DNA of 64,000 nt from Steroidobacteraceae bacterium. GTDB lineage: Bacteria; Pseudomonadota; Gammaproteobacteria; Steroidobacterales; Steroidobacteraceae. Under the pieces are notes generated by a model. It saw only the letters and a program-made list of their open reading frames with translations. It was not told the DNA's origin and ran no database searches. Below are positions 1-8,836 of this stretch, one piece after another; position 1 is the first letter of the stretch, and the number at the start of each line of letters is the position of its first letter. The DNA lies in contig DASZCK010000183.1 in NCBI GenBank assembly GCA_035943195.1, positions 526-64,525 on the forward strand. The letters are read 5' to 3'. Position numbers and translations under genes: made by a program.

Positions 1-99
1 GCCCACCCCGGCCGCGGCCGAGACCGCGAGCAGCCAGAACATCAGCGACGAGCGCCAGGCATGTCGAATGGTGTGGGTACTCACATCAGGACGATGCAT
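1..99 (-). CDS. 5' end of a gene running off the left edge; hydrophobic, signal-like N-terminus (MHRPDVSTHTIRHAWRSSLMFWLLAVSAAAGVG...)
   Basis: My own minus-strand translation. ATG at 99-97 has GGGAG about 7 nt upstream. The frame is open to position 1, but only 33 codons are visible. Confidence 0.3.
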   Translation of the reverse strand, partial: MHRPDVSTHTIRHAWRSSLMFWLLAVSAAAGVG

Positions 100-181
100 G
101 AAGCCGCTCCCGGGAACATTGACGTATCTCAGGAGCGGTTTGCGCAAATTCCTGACTTACGAGAACCGCGTCACAGTTGCG

Positions 182-2056
182 CTACTGGTTGGGCACCCAG
201 GGCAGGATCGAGGTCGGCGCGGAGCGACTGGTCGAACCCGGCGCGGAGGTCAGCCACCAGGGCACGGACTTGCTCCAGGCATAGCCCTTGCTCCAGGCGT
301 AATTCTTGCTCCACGCGTAATTCTTGCTCCAGGCGTAGCTCTTGCTCCACGCGTAGTTCTGGGTCCACTCGTAGCCTGAGTTCCAGTCATAGCCCTGGTC
401 CCAGGCATAACCGCCGGACCAGTCCATACCGTCACCCGGCAGCGGCGTGCCATACGTGGGGCCAGTCATGTTCATGATGTAGTAGTTGCCGTTGGCATCT
501 TCATTGGCCGGGCCACCGAAGTGTTCACTGCCGGCCAGATCGGCGGCGACGTTCAGACCCTGGTTGGCGCAACCCGTCGCCGTGCTGTGCACGGCCCGCA
601 CCGCGTTGATGAAACCCGCACCCTGCTGAAACACGGTATAGGCAAGGAGTCCCGATGAGGTCACGGCCGGCGCCGCGGAGGACAGCAGCCGACACTTCAC
701 GGTGTCAGGGGTCAGCGCGGGATTGGCCTGCAGCATCAGCGCGACCACCCCGGTGGTGACGGCCGTGGCCTGCGAAGTTCCCGACATCGTGAACATCTGC
801 TCGCCGGGGGACATCGAATTCGGATCGATGTTGGCCAGATAGCTGCTGCTGGACATCGAGGCTGCCATGTGGCCGCCGGGGGCGACGACCTCAGGCTTGA
901 CGAACCCCTCATAGGTCGGACCCGTGGAGGAGAACGAGGCCAGACTGAAGTTCGAGAGATTGTTTGGCGTGTAGTTATCCGTGAGCGCGCCGACCGTGAT
1001 CACGTAGGGCACGTTGCCCGGAACGCCGATAGTCATGGGGCCGGGACCCGAGTTGCCAGCGGCTGCCACCACCACGATGCCCGCCTTCCACGCCGCCATC
1101 ACTGCCTGGTCCAGCGGATCATCCCAGTAGTAGGACTCCGGGTCCGAACCGAAGGAGAGGTTGATGACCCGTATGTTGTACTTGTGCTGGTTGGCAATGA
1201 TCCAGTTCATGCCGGCAATCACGTCGACGTAGCGACCGCCGCCCTGGCCGTCAAACGCGCGCACGATGACCAGGTTGGCCTGGGGCGCAATGCTCAGGTA
1301 CTGCAGGCCAAGGTTCTCAGCGCCACCGGCCGCGATGGAGGTGATGTGCGTGCCGTGGCCGTAGGGGTCACCCGTGACCCGCCCCGAGGCGCCATTGGTC
1401 ACATCCATGGTCGCGAGCACCCGCGCGCCGTAATTCTGACTTGCGTCCTGCCACAAACCGGAATCCAGCATGGCGATGGTGACGCCCTTGCCGGTGATGC
1501 CCTGCTGCTGCAGGGTGTTGGCACCCACGAGCACGGGGTAGTTGGTCTGGTACAGCAAGGTGCTGGCGCCGACGCCGGTGCCATCCTGCAAGGCCGTACC
1601 ACTGCTGAGCCCAGAGACCAGCGGCGCAGTCAGGGGCGAAACCAAGGGACCGGCCAACGGGGTCAGTGCCGTAGTGAGCGGCGTGGTGATGCCGGCGACG
1701 GTCGTCACCAGCGGGTTGGTGGTGAGGGCCCCCAGCAGTGAACCCAGGCTACTGGTGTGCATGCTGCGGTCGGCGAAGATCCGCACGTCGCTGCGCGCGC
1801 GAAGTTGCGCCGCCTGCGCCACATCCAGATATGCCGACACGGCATGGATGACTTCCAGGTTGCGTTCAACCTTGCCGCGCACCTGTTTGACGTCCTGGCG
1901 CGCGAGGGTGAGTGTGGCCGCCTGTACCAGATAGCGTGCCGTCCCCGTTGCGGCGACAGCCGGCTGTGAGGCCGGTGCCGCGGTGACCGCTGTGGCCACC
2001 AAGACCAGCAGCAAACCCGCTACTCGCCGTTCAAATATCGTGTGTGCAGTGCGCAT
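182..2056 (-). CDS. Secreted subtilisin-family (S8) serine protease with I9-like propeptide and a C-terminal Tyr/Trp hexapeptide repeat array
   Basis: 624-aa ORF. Signal peptide LLLVLVATAVTAAPASQPAVAA. Catalytic motifs are Asp (IAMLDSGLW), His (GHGTHITSIAAGG) and Ser (SGTSQATAVTTG). There is a T/P/L-rich linker, and the C-terminus carries repeats of the type NYAWSK. Confidence 0.9.
   Translation of the reverse strand: MRTAHTIFERRVAGLLLVLVATAVTAAPASQPAVAATGTARYLVQAATLTLARQDVKQVRGKVERNLEVIHAVSAYLDVAQAAQLRARSDVRIFADRSMHTSSLGSLLGALTTNPLVTTVAGITTPLTTALTPLAGPLVSPLTAPLVSGLSSGTALQDGTGVGASTLLYQTNYPVLVGANTLQQQGITGKGVTIAMLDSGLWQDASQNYGARVLATMDVTNGASGRVTGDPYGHGTHITSIAAGGAENLGLQYLSIAPQANLVIVRAFDGQGGGRYVDVIAGMNWIIANQHKYNIRVINLSFGSDPESYYWDDPLDQAVMAAWKAGIVVVAAAGNSGPGPMTIGVPGNVPYVITVGALTDNYTPNNLSNFSLASFSSTGPTYEGFVKPEVVAPGGHMAASMSSSSYLANIDPNSMSPGEQMFTMSGTSQATAVTTGVVALMLQANPALTPDTVKCRLLSSAAPAVTSSGLLAYTVFQQGAGFINAVRAVHSTATGCANQGLNVAADLAGSEHFGGPANEDANGNYYIMNMTGPTYGTPLPGDGMDWSGGYAWDQGYDWNSGYEWTQNYAWSKSYAWSKNYAWSKNYAWSKGYAWSKSVPWWLTSAPGSTSRSAPTSILPWVPNQ
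269..412 (-). repeat. Eight tandem 18-bp units (five near-identical) inside the 3' end of the protease gene
   Basis: Plus-strand units CTTGCTCCAGGCATAGCC / CTTGCTCCAGGCGTAATT / CTTGCTCCACGCGTAATT and so on. They encode GYAWDQ GYDWNS GYEWTQ NYAWSK SYAWSK NYAWSK NYAWSK GYAWSK. Confidence 0.9.
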
Positions 2057-2177
2057 CGCCTGAAACCTCTGCTTGTGTGAGGCATAAGGTCTCGCGAATG
2101 CGCCTGCGTCAAAAGGTGACGGAACTCACAGTTCCGGAGGTCGACTGTGACGGCGGTCACATAATCGATGTGTAAAA

Positions 2178-3806
2178 TCAGCCCCGTCCCGCGGTGGCCG
2201 ACATGGCCGGGGCGGCTTCCGGGAAGGCCGACAGGTACAGGTCCCCCGTGCCCTCGCGGCATCCCAATGCCAGCAGCGCATCACATAACGCCTGATCGTC
2301 GACGCCCGTGGCGATGGGGGTCAGGCGCAGCGCCTTGGCCACGGCGATGCCGGCACTGCAGACCTTCAGAGCTGCCGCGTCCTTGCGGAAGGCGGTGACC
2401 CAGGCGCGATCCAGCTGCAGCCCCCAGATATGGCCGCGCGCTAGCCAGTCCAAGGAGGCCATGCCGCGCCCCACCTCATCGATGACCAGCCGAACCCCCA
2501 GACTTGCCAGCGGGTCGAAATCGGTGGGCGGTCGGGAAATGAAGGCTTTTTCGGCGATGCGCAGTTCCAACCGCTCCGCCGGTACGGCTGATGTGGCCAG
2601 AAACTTCATGATGTCGTCGATGAAATCCTTGTGCAGCACGTGATGGCGCAAGGGGCCGAACGACACCCGGACATCCTCATCCCAACGCGCCGCATGCGCG
2701 GTGAAGTCCTCGCGCAGGCTCGCCAGGGCCGCGCGCGACAGCGCCGTGGCCAGTCCCGTGGCCTCGGCGACTTTCAGGAACTCAACCGGGCGGATCTCGC
2801 CGCGCAAGGGATGTTGCCAGCGCAGGTAGCCGGCCCAGGTCGCCAGGCGCCCACTGCGCAGATCATGGCGGCCCGTATAGCGCAGGCCGATGTCGCCGTT
2901 GTTGATGGCATCGCGCAGCTCGCGGGTCACGTCCATGCGCGCCAACGAACGCAGTCGCAAGGTGTCGGTAAAGAAGCGCGGCGCGCTACTGCCGGAGCGG
3001 CGCGACTCGGTGGCCGCGGCGCGCGCCTGATCCAGCAAGGTGCGCGGTGAGGAGGAGTCCTGCCCCATGATGGGCACACCCGCGAAAGGTGTCAGATGAA
3101 ATTCGGTGCTGCCCAGGTCCACCGGCTGGCGCAGGCTGGTGCAGAGAGTCGTGATGCAGGCTTCGATGGCATCCCGGTCCGCGCTTTGCATCACCAGCGC
3201 CAGCAGGCTCTCGCTCAGCTGGCCCAGGTACCACCAGGGTCGGACCTGCCCATCGTTGCCGGCGCTATCCAGCCGCGGCAGCCGCAGGATGGCCATGCTC
3301 ATCACCCGTTCGGCGATCTCACCGGCGATGACCTGGCCGATGTCGGCGATGCCATCCACATGGATCACGGCGACCGCCACCGGATCCTCGCGCAACGATG
3401 CCTCTGAGACCGATTGTTTGAAGCGCTTGAGGAATCCGCGTCGATCGAGCTGGGCACGCGGACGCTCATCGGTCAGGTCCAGACTGTCTTCCTGGGCCGC
3501 GACCAGAGTGGGCCGGATGACACAGATGGCGCGTTCCGGACCCTGGGCGGTAACCCGCACCTCGAATTGACGTGCGTCGTCCTCGAAGCGCGCTTCGGCC
3601 GCCGCTCTCGAGGAAATTGCCTTACGGATCAGCTGCTTGAGAAGTTTAGCCAGCGCACTGGGCCAGACGGCCTCCAAGGTCTGGCCCTCGGGAGCAGAGG
3701 GTCGCAGGCGCCCCACCCCACCGCCGCCGTCGCAGGCAATGACCGTCCCCTCGCGCTGCACCAGCACGATGAGATCGGGAAGGGCTTGCAACAGAGGCTC
3801 GGCCAT
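2178..3806 (-). CDS. PAS-like / degenerate GGDEF / degenerate EAL domain protein (probably non-catalytic)
   Basis: ORF track gives 2178..3953; I place the start at ATG 3806 (MAEPLLQ). The EAL fold is recognisable (RWQHPLRGEIRPVEFLKVAEATGL), but EAL reads GYL, ExTE reads RIAE, DDFGTG reads IDEVGRG and EGVE reads TGVD. The GGDEF position probably reads GQLSE. Confidence 0.75.
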   Translation of the reverse strand: MAEPLLQALPDLIVLVQREGTVIACDGGGGVGRLRPSAPEGQTLEAVWPSALAKLLKQLIRKAISSRAAAEARFEDDARQFEVRVTAQGPERAICVIRPTLVAAQEDSLDLTDERPRAQLDRRGFLKRFKQSVSEASLREDPVAVAVIHVDGIADIGQVIAGEIAERVMSMAILRLPRLDSAGNDGQVRPWWYLGQLSESLLALVMQSADRDAIEACITTLCTSLRQPVDLGSTEFHLTPFAGVPIMGQDSSSPRTLLDQARAAATESRRSGSSAPRFFTDTLRLRSLARMDVTRELRDAINNGDIGLRYTGRHDLRSGRLATWAGYLRWQHPLRGEIRPVEFLKVAEATGLATALSRAALASLREDFTAHAARWDEDVRVSFGPLRHHVLHKDFIDDIMKFLATSAVPAERLELRIAEKAFISRPPTDFDPLASLGVRLVIDEVGRGMASLDWLARGHIWGLQLDRAWVTAFRKDAAALKVCSAGIAVAKALRLTPIATGVDDQALCDALLALGCREGTGDLYLSAFPEAAPAMSATAGRG

Positions 3807-3915
3807 GACAGCGGATGCTAGGCGAGGGCTGCAAGATGTTCCTAGACGCAGGTCCCGTCCTCGCGGTGCAGCACTCTTTTGAATTAATGCAGGCGCGCAG
3901 TAACAATAAGCCGAC

Positions 3916-4878
3916 ATGGATACACCGACTGTTCTGGTCGCCACGTGGAGCAATGGGCTGTTCGCCTTTCAAGGCGATGCCATGCGCCAGGAATGGGCCG
4001 GCCGTTCGGTCAGGGGCCTTGGCCTCGACGCCCGCGGCAACCCCCTGGCTATCATTGACGGCAATGTGCTGTGCCGGCGCGCTCCTGATGGAGCCTGGCA
4101 CACAATTGCCAGAAGCGACGTCGAACTCACCTGCTGCGTGGCCGTCGGTGCGGCGCTGTACGTCGGAGTCAATGACGCGCCCGAGGTGATGCGTGTCCGT
4201 GATGATGGCCGTCTTGAACGCCTCACGGGCTTCGAACAGGTCCCCGGGAAGGATCGGTGGTACGCCGGCACGGCCCTGATCAATGGACAATTGCTTGGAC
4301 CGCCACTTGGCATTCGATCAATCGCCGCAAGCTGCGACGGCAAAGCCCTGTTCGCGAATGTGCATGTCGGTGGAATTCCGCGCTCGACGGACGGCGGCAC
4401 CACCTGGCAGCCGACCATTGATGTCGACTCCGACGTACACCAGGTGCGCCCTCACCCCTCGCGGCCGGAGATGGTCATCGCCGCGACCGGCACGGGGCTC
4501 GGTGTCAGCCGCGATGGCGGGCAGACCTGGGCCATCGAGCGTGAAGGCCTGCATGCCTGCTACTGCTCCGCCGTCGCATTCGCAGGCGACGATATCCTGG
4601 TGGCGGCGTCCTCGGATCACTTCGCTTCCCAGGGAGCCATCTACCGACGACCCGTGGACAGCAGCGGGCCACTAACGAAGATCGAGGGCGGCCTGCCCCA
4701 GTGGCTCGATGGAATTGCCGACACCGACAACATTTCGGCGTCGGGGGCGACTATCGCGGTGGTCGATCACGCGGGCAAGCTGTACTGGTCCAGGGACCGC
4801 GGCCACAGCTGGTCACGGCGGGGCGAACCTGTGTCTACTCCCAGCAGCACGCTGGTCTATTCCGAATCGGTCCCGTGA
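3916..4878 (+). CDS. BNR/Asp-box repeat beta-propeller protein with no signal peptide
   Basis: 320-aa ORF with three Asp-box motifs: STDGGTTWQ, SRDGGQTWA and SRDRGHSWS. Confidence 0.7.
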   Translation: MDTPTVLVATWSNGLFAFQGDAMRQEWAGRSVRGLGLDARGNPLAIIDGNVLCRRAPDGAWHTIARSDVELTCCVAVGAALYVGVNDAPEVMRVRDDGRLERLTGFEQVPGKDRWYAGTALINGQLLGPPLGIRSIAASCDGKALFANVHVGGIPRSTDGGTTWQPTIDVDSDVHQVRPHPSRPEMVIAATGTGLGVSRDGGQTWAIEREGLHACYCSAVAFAGDDILVAASSDHFASQGAIYRRPVDSSGPLTKIEGGLPQWLDGIADTDNISASGATIAVVDHAGKLYWSRDRGHSWSRRGEPVSTPSSTLVYSESVP

Positions 4879-6195
4879 CAGAAGACTGAGGGCGATTAGC
4901 GAGATCACAGTCGGCACGCTGCAGAGCATCAGCGTCGTAGTCGGCGTCCAGCCGGAGGCGAGCTTCACCCCGAGAAAGAGTGGCTGTGCAACGCCGACCA
5001 TCCTCGATACCGCCGACGCCCAGCCCACTCCCGTGGTCCGCAGCGAGGTGGGATACAGGCGCGCCAGCAACCCCTGGCTGCCCGAAGTTCCGCCATTGAG
5101 CGTCAGGCCAATGAGGAACGCCACGGCAACGGGCGAAGTCTTCACCAACAGGGCGAAGGCTACGATGAACAGCGTGGCGCACAGATGCGCCGGTATCAGG
5201 ATCCGATAGGTTCCGAACCGGTCCATGCACCAGCCGATGACGAAAGCGCCGACGATGCCGCCCAAAAGCAGCACCACCGAAAAATTGATTCCCTGGGCCG
5301 CGGTCTGGCCCGCGGTGTTCAGAAGAGTCGGGATCCAGAACACCAGTGCTGCGATGGTGGTCACATCCATCGAAAGCACCAGCCAGATGGCCAGCGTGCT
5401 CAGCGCGCGGCCCTCCACGAAGAGATCCCGGATCGGCTGCCGGCGCAAATGCTCGCCTTGCAGCGTGAAGATGTTGGTCAGCGATGTCCCCGCATCGCCC
5501 GCGAGCCGCCACAGTAGCCCCGGAAGGCGTGGGTCGCGCGGGTCACGCAAGGTCATGAAGCGCGGCGATTCGGGCAGCCACCGCCACATGGCGAGCGACA
5601 GCAACAGCGGTACGCCGCCGCCGACCCACAGCACCGAGCCCCAGCCAAAGACCGGCAGCAGGCGTCCGGTGATAAGCCCGGCCAGCGCCGAGCCGATCGC
5701 AAAGCCACTGTAGAGCACGACCACGACCAGCGAACGCCGGCGCAAGGGCGTGATCTCCGTGGCGATGGCCACGATATTGGGCAACACGGCGCCCAGCGCC
5801 AGACCCACCAGAATCCGCCACAGTATGAAGGTCGCGGATCCTGCGGCACTGCTACTGAGGATTGAGAGGGCGCCGAAGACCGCGGTGCCGACGACCACCG
5901 GAAGATATCGACCGAAGCGATCCGCCAGTGGTCCGATCGCCAGGTATCCGAGCGCGCTGCCGACGGTGCCGGCCGTGAAAATCACCGCCAGGGTTCCCGT
6001 CGAGAGGTGCCACAGCCTCAGCAGCGTCGGCCCGATGTAGGAGACGGCGTAGGTGTCATAGCCCTCGAAGGTCATGCACAGCAGGGCCAGGACAAACACG
6101 CTGATCTGCACGGATCCGAAGCGCGCGCCATCGATGATCGGGCCGATGTCGGTGGGGCCCGGCGCTGCAATTTCCGGTTCGCGGATTCGGTTCAT
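4813..6195 (-). CDS. MFS transporter, aromatic acid:H+ symporter (AAHS, PcaK/BenK-like) type
   Basis: ORF track gives 4813..6519; I place the start at ATG 6195 (MNRIREPE). About 12 TM segments. Motifs are FEGYDTYAVSYIGPTL near TM1 and GPLADRFGR in loop 2-3. Confidence 0.85.
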   Translation of the reverse strand: MNRIREPEIAAPGPTDIGPIIDGARFGSVQISVFVLALLCMTFEGYDTYAVSYIGPTLLRLWHLSTGTLAVIFTAGTVGSALGYLAIGPLADRFGRYLPVVVGTAVFGALSILSSSAAGSATFILWRILVGLALGAVLPNIVAIATEITPLRRRSLVVVVLYSGFAIGSALAGLITGRLLPVFGWGSVLWVGGGVPLLLSLAMWRWLPESPRFMTLRDPRDPRLPGLLWRLAGDAGTSLTNIFTLQGEHLRRQPIRDLFVEGRALSTLAIWLVLSMDVTTIAALVFWIPTLLNTAGQTAAQGINFSVVLLLGGIVGAFVIGWCMDRFGTYRILIPAHLCATLFIVAFALLVKTSPVAVAFLIGLTLNGGTSGSQGLLARLYPTSLRTTGVGWASAVSRMVGVAQPLFLGVKLASGWTPTTTLMLCSVPTVISLIALSLLSRDRFGIDQRAAGSRHRFAPP

Positions 6196-6240
6196 CGATG
6201 TACAGTAACGCGGCGCTTGCGCAGAACAAAGGGGAAACCG

Positions 6241-6741
6241 ATGGTCGACCTGGACGCGACTCTGCAGCCACGACGATTGGCGCAGATGCTGCCTCGCTTC
6301 GAGTACGTGTTCCAGACCCGCGTGGTCACCGGGGACGTGCTGCGCATGGCCTATGGCGCAGGGGAGCGGCTGATGGTGCAGATCAGCGGCGGTGACATCG
6401 ATGGGCCCCGCCTGCGCGGTACCATCCTGCCCGGCGGCAGCGAGTGGCCCACCTACCGGCCCGATGGCGTCGGCATGGTCGACGCGCGCTACACCTTTCG
6501 CTCGCACGATGGCGTGCACATCAACATCCGCAATCGCGGCTATCGGCGCGCCTCACCGGAGGTCATGCAGCGGCTGAATGCGCTGGATGAGTTCGTCGAA
6601 CCTACTGAGTACTACATCCGCACCACCCCGCTGTTCGAAGCGCCGCCAGGGCCCTATGGCTGGCTGGCCGAACATTGCTTCGTCGGCATCGGTGAACGCC
6701 ACAAGGAATGCCTGTTCATGCGCTACTACATGATCCTATGA
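6241..6741 (+). CDS. DUF3237-family small beta-barrel protein
   Basis: Start at ATG 6241 (MVDLDATL) with GGGGA upstream. The family is recognised from GDVLRMAYGAGERLMVQISGGDIDGPRLRGTILPGG...DARYTFRSHDG. Its stop overlaps the next start (ATGA at 6738-6741). Confidence 0.7.
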   Translation: MVDLDATLQPRRLAQMLPRFEYVFQTRVVTGDVLRMAYGAGERLMVQISGGDIDGPRLRGTILPGGSEWPTYRPDGVGMVDARYTFRSHDGVHINIRNRGYRRASPEVMQRLNALDEFVEPTEYYIRTTPLFEAPPGPYGWLAEHCFVGIGERHKECLFMRYYMIL

Positions 6742-7841
6742 ATCCTCCGTTTCGCGCCGATCATGTCGGCAGCCTGCTGCGGCCACCGCAGCTCCTGGCC
6801 GCGCGCGAGCAGTTCCGCGCTGGCACACTCAGCGCCGCAGAGCTCGTACACCAGGAGGATGAGAGCATCCGCGAAGTCGTGCGCCAGCAGGAGGCCCTGG
6901 GTCTGCGGGCCGTGACGGACGGCGAGTTTCGCCGAACACTGTGGCATATGGACTTTCTCAAGCAGTTCGCCAACGTCGAGGTCACGCGCTCACCCGTCAA
7001 GGTTCACTTCCATACCGAGCGGGGCGAAATTGAACGGGCACCCTCCGCGCTTCGCGTCACCGGTCCGCTGGCTCGTCCACGACCGATTTTCGTCGACCAC
7101 TACCGCTTCCTGCACTCGGTCGCCCGCGTGATGCCGAAGCTAACAGTGCCCTCGCCGTCGATCCTGCATTTTCGTGGTGGCCGGGCAGCCATCGACCGAC
7201 GTGCCTATCCGGACCTCGCGCAGTTCTACGCGGATCTGGCGCGAGTCTACTCGGAGGAGGTTGCAGATCTGGGCGCCGCCGGCTGTCGCTACTTGCAGAT
7301 CGATGAGGTCAATTTCGCCTACCTGTGTGATCCACAGCTGCGGCGCGAAGTGCAAAGCTACGGCGAGGATCCACAGCAGTTACCGCTGACCTATGCCCGA
7401 CTCATCAACGCCGCCATCGCCACTCGCCCGGCCGACATGACGGTGTGCATGCACCTGTGTCGGGGTAACTTCGAGGGGGCGTGGCTGGCTGAAGGCGGCT
7501 ACGAGCCGGTGGCCGAGGTGCTGTTCAACGAAATCAATGTCACGGGCTATTTCCTGGAATACGATACCGCCCGGGCCGGCGGCTTTGCGCCCCTACGCCT
7601 GCTGCCGAAGGGTAAGACGGTCGTGCTGGGTCTGATCAGCAGCAAGCGCGGCGCATTGGAGAGCAAGGCTGAGATCCGGCGCCGCGTTGACGAAGCGGCG
7701 CAGTACATTCCGCTCGAGCAGCTGGCCTTGAGCCCGCAATGCGGTTTCGCCAGCGGCGAGCGCGGCAACCAGCTCACGCAGGATGAGCAGTTTGCGAAGC
7801 TGGCGTTGGTGGCCGAAGTCGCACGCGAGGTCTGGGGGTAA
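6738..7841 (+). CDS. Cobalamin-independent methionine synthase (MetE C-terminal domain)-like protein
   Basis: Start at MNPPFRADHVGSLLRP. The ~367-aa length and the CMHLCRGN / SPQCGF motifs are typical of the COG0620 family. Confidence 0.8.
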   Translation: MNPPFRADHVGSLLRPPQLLAAREQFRAGTLSAAELVHQEDESIREVVRQQEALGLRAVTDGEFRRTLWHMDFLKQFANVEVTRSPVKVHFHTERGEIERAPSALRVTGPLARPRPIFVDHYRFLHSVARVMPKLTVPSPSILHFRGGRAAIDRRAYPDLAQFYADLARVYSEEVADLGAAGCRYLQIDEVNFAYLCDPQLRREVQSYGEDPQQLPLTYARLINAAIATRPADMTVCMHLCRGNFEGAWLAEGGYEPVAEVLFNEINVTGYFLEYDTARAGGFAPLRLLPKGKTVVLGLISSKRGALESKAEIRRRVDEAAQYIPLEQLALSPQCGFASGERGNQLTQDEQFAKLALVAEVAREVWG

Positions 7842-8836
7842 TGTCAAAACTCGGTCTTTCGATCGCCGTCGGTGACTATGACCGCATGCGACCGCTTGCC
7901 GATGGCAGCGTTGCCATCGACGGCGTCACACCGGGGTTTCTGCTGCTGCCACCGGAGGAGATGTTCTTCCGCGCCTTTCGCCATGCCGACTTCGATGTGT
8001 GCGAACTATCGCTGAGCAGCTTTGCCCTGCGCACCGCCCGCAAGGACAATCCCTATATCGGCATTCCGGTGTTTCCCTCGCGCGCCTTTCGGCATACCTC
8101 GATTGTCGTGCGGCGCGATCGCGGCATCGATTCGCCGCAGGATCTCAAGGGGCGCCGCATTGGCACCCCCGAGTATCAGCTCACGGCCTGCGTGTGGGCA
8201 CGGGGGATCCTCCAGGATGACTACGGTGTGCGGCCCGAGGACGTGATCTGGGTGCGCGGTGGCATGGAGGACCCGGGACGGGTCGAGAAGATCAGCCTGA
8301 ATCTGCCGCCGACGGTGCGCCTTGAGGCGGCACCTGCCGACCGCACCCTGTCGGACATGCTGCGGCATGGAGAGATCGACGGCATCATTGGTCCGCGCAT
8401 GCCCTCCTGCTTCGGGGATCCCGCGGCCCAGGTCGGCTGGCTGTTCCCGGATACGGTGCAAACGGCATCGGCGTATTTTCAGCGCACCGGCATCTTTCCG
8501 ATCATGCACCTGATCGGCGTGCGCCGCACTCTGGCCGAACAGCATCCATGGCTGCCGGCGACCCTCTTCAAGGCCTTCAGCGCCGCGAAGACTCTTGCCC
8601 TGCAGCGCCTGGTGGACACTTCTGCGACCAAGGTGATGCTGCCCTTCGTCGAGGAACAAATCGCAGCGACGCGACGCCTGCTGGGCGATGATTTCTGGTC
8701 CTACGGATTCACGGCCGAGAACCGCAAGGTTCTCGACACCTTTCTGGGCTATCACCACTCGCAGGGACTTTCGGCGCGGCGCCTCGCGCCCGAGGAGCTG
8801 TTTCATCCCGCCGCGCTCGAGTTCTACAAGATCTAG
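7841..8836 (+). CDS. 4,5-dihydroxyphthalate decarboxylase (PhtD)-like / NMT1-THI5 fold protein
   Basis: 331 aa. The N-terminus MSKLGLSIAVGDYDRMRPLADGSV...PPEEMFFRAFRHADFDVCELSLSSF matches the PhtD family pattern from memory. TAATG overlap with the upstream gene. Confidence 0.7.
   Translation: MSKLGLSIAVGDYDRMRPLADGSVAIDGVTPGFLLLPPEEMFFRAFRHADFDVCELSLSSFALRTARKDNPYIGIPVFPSRAFRHTSIVVRRDRGIDSPQDLKGRRIGTPEYQLTACVWARGILQDDYGVRPEDVIWVRGGMEDPGRVEKISLNLPPTVRLEAAPADRTLSDMLRHGEIDGIIGPRMPSCFGDPAAQVGWLFPDTVQTASAYFQRTGIFPIMHLIGVRRTLAEQHPWLPATLFKAFSAAKTLALQRLVDTSATKVMLPFVEEQIAATRRLLGDDFWSYGFTAENRKVLDTFLGYHHSQGLSARRLAPEELFHPAALEFYKI

Noticed and set aside
61-477. Several overlapping ORFs (61..477, 68..379, 171..368, 250..453) with repetitive Ser/Cys/Arg or Pro/Gly/Ala sequences
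   Set aside because: They are alternative-frame readings of the 18-bp tandem repeat at the 3' end of the protease gene, not independent genes.
869-1741. 290-aa plus-strand ORF
   Set aside because: It lies entirely antisense to the well-supported S8 protease gene. It is Arg/Gly/Asp-rich with no motifs, the usual shadow ORF of a high-GC gene.
6196-6519. N-terminal 108-codon extension of the MFS transporter ORF
   Set aside because: The extension is non-hydrophobic and overlaps the divergent DUF3237 gene. ATG 6195 gives a normal MFS N-terminus.
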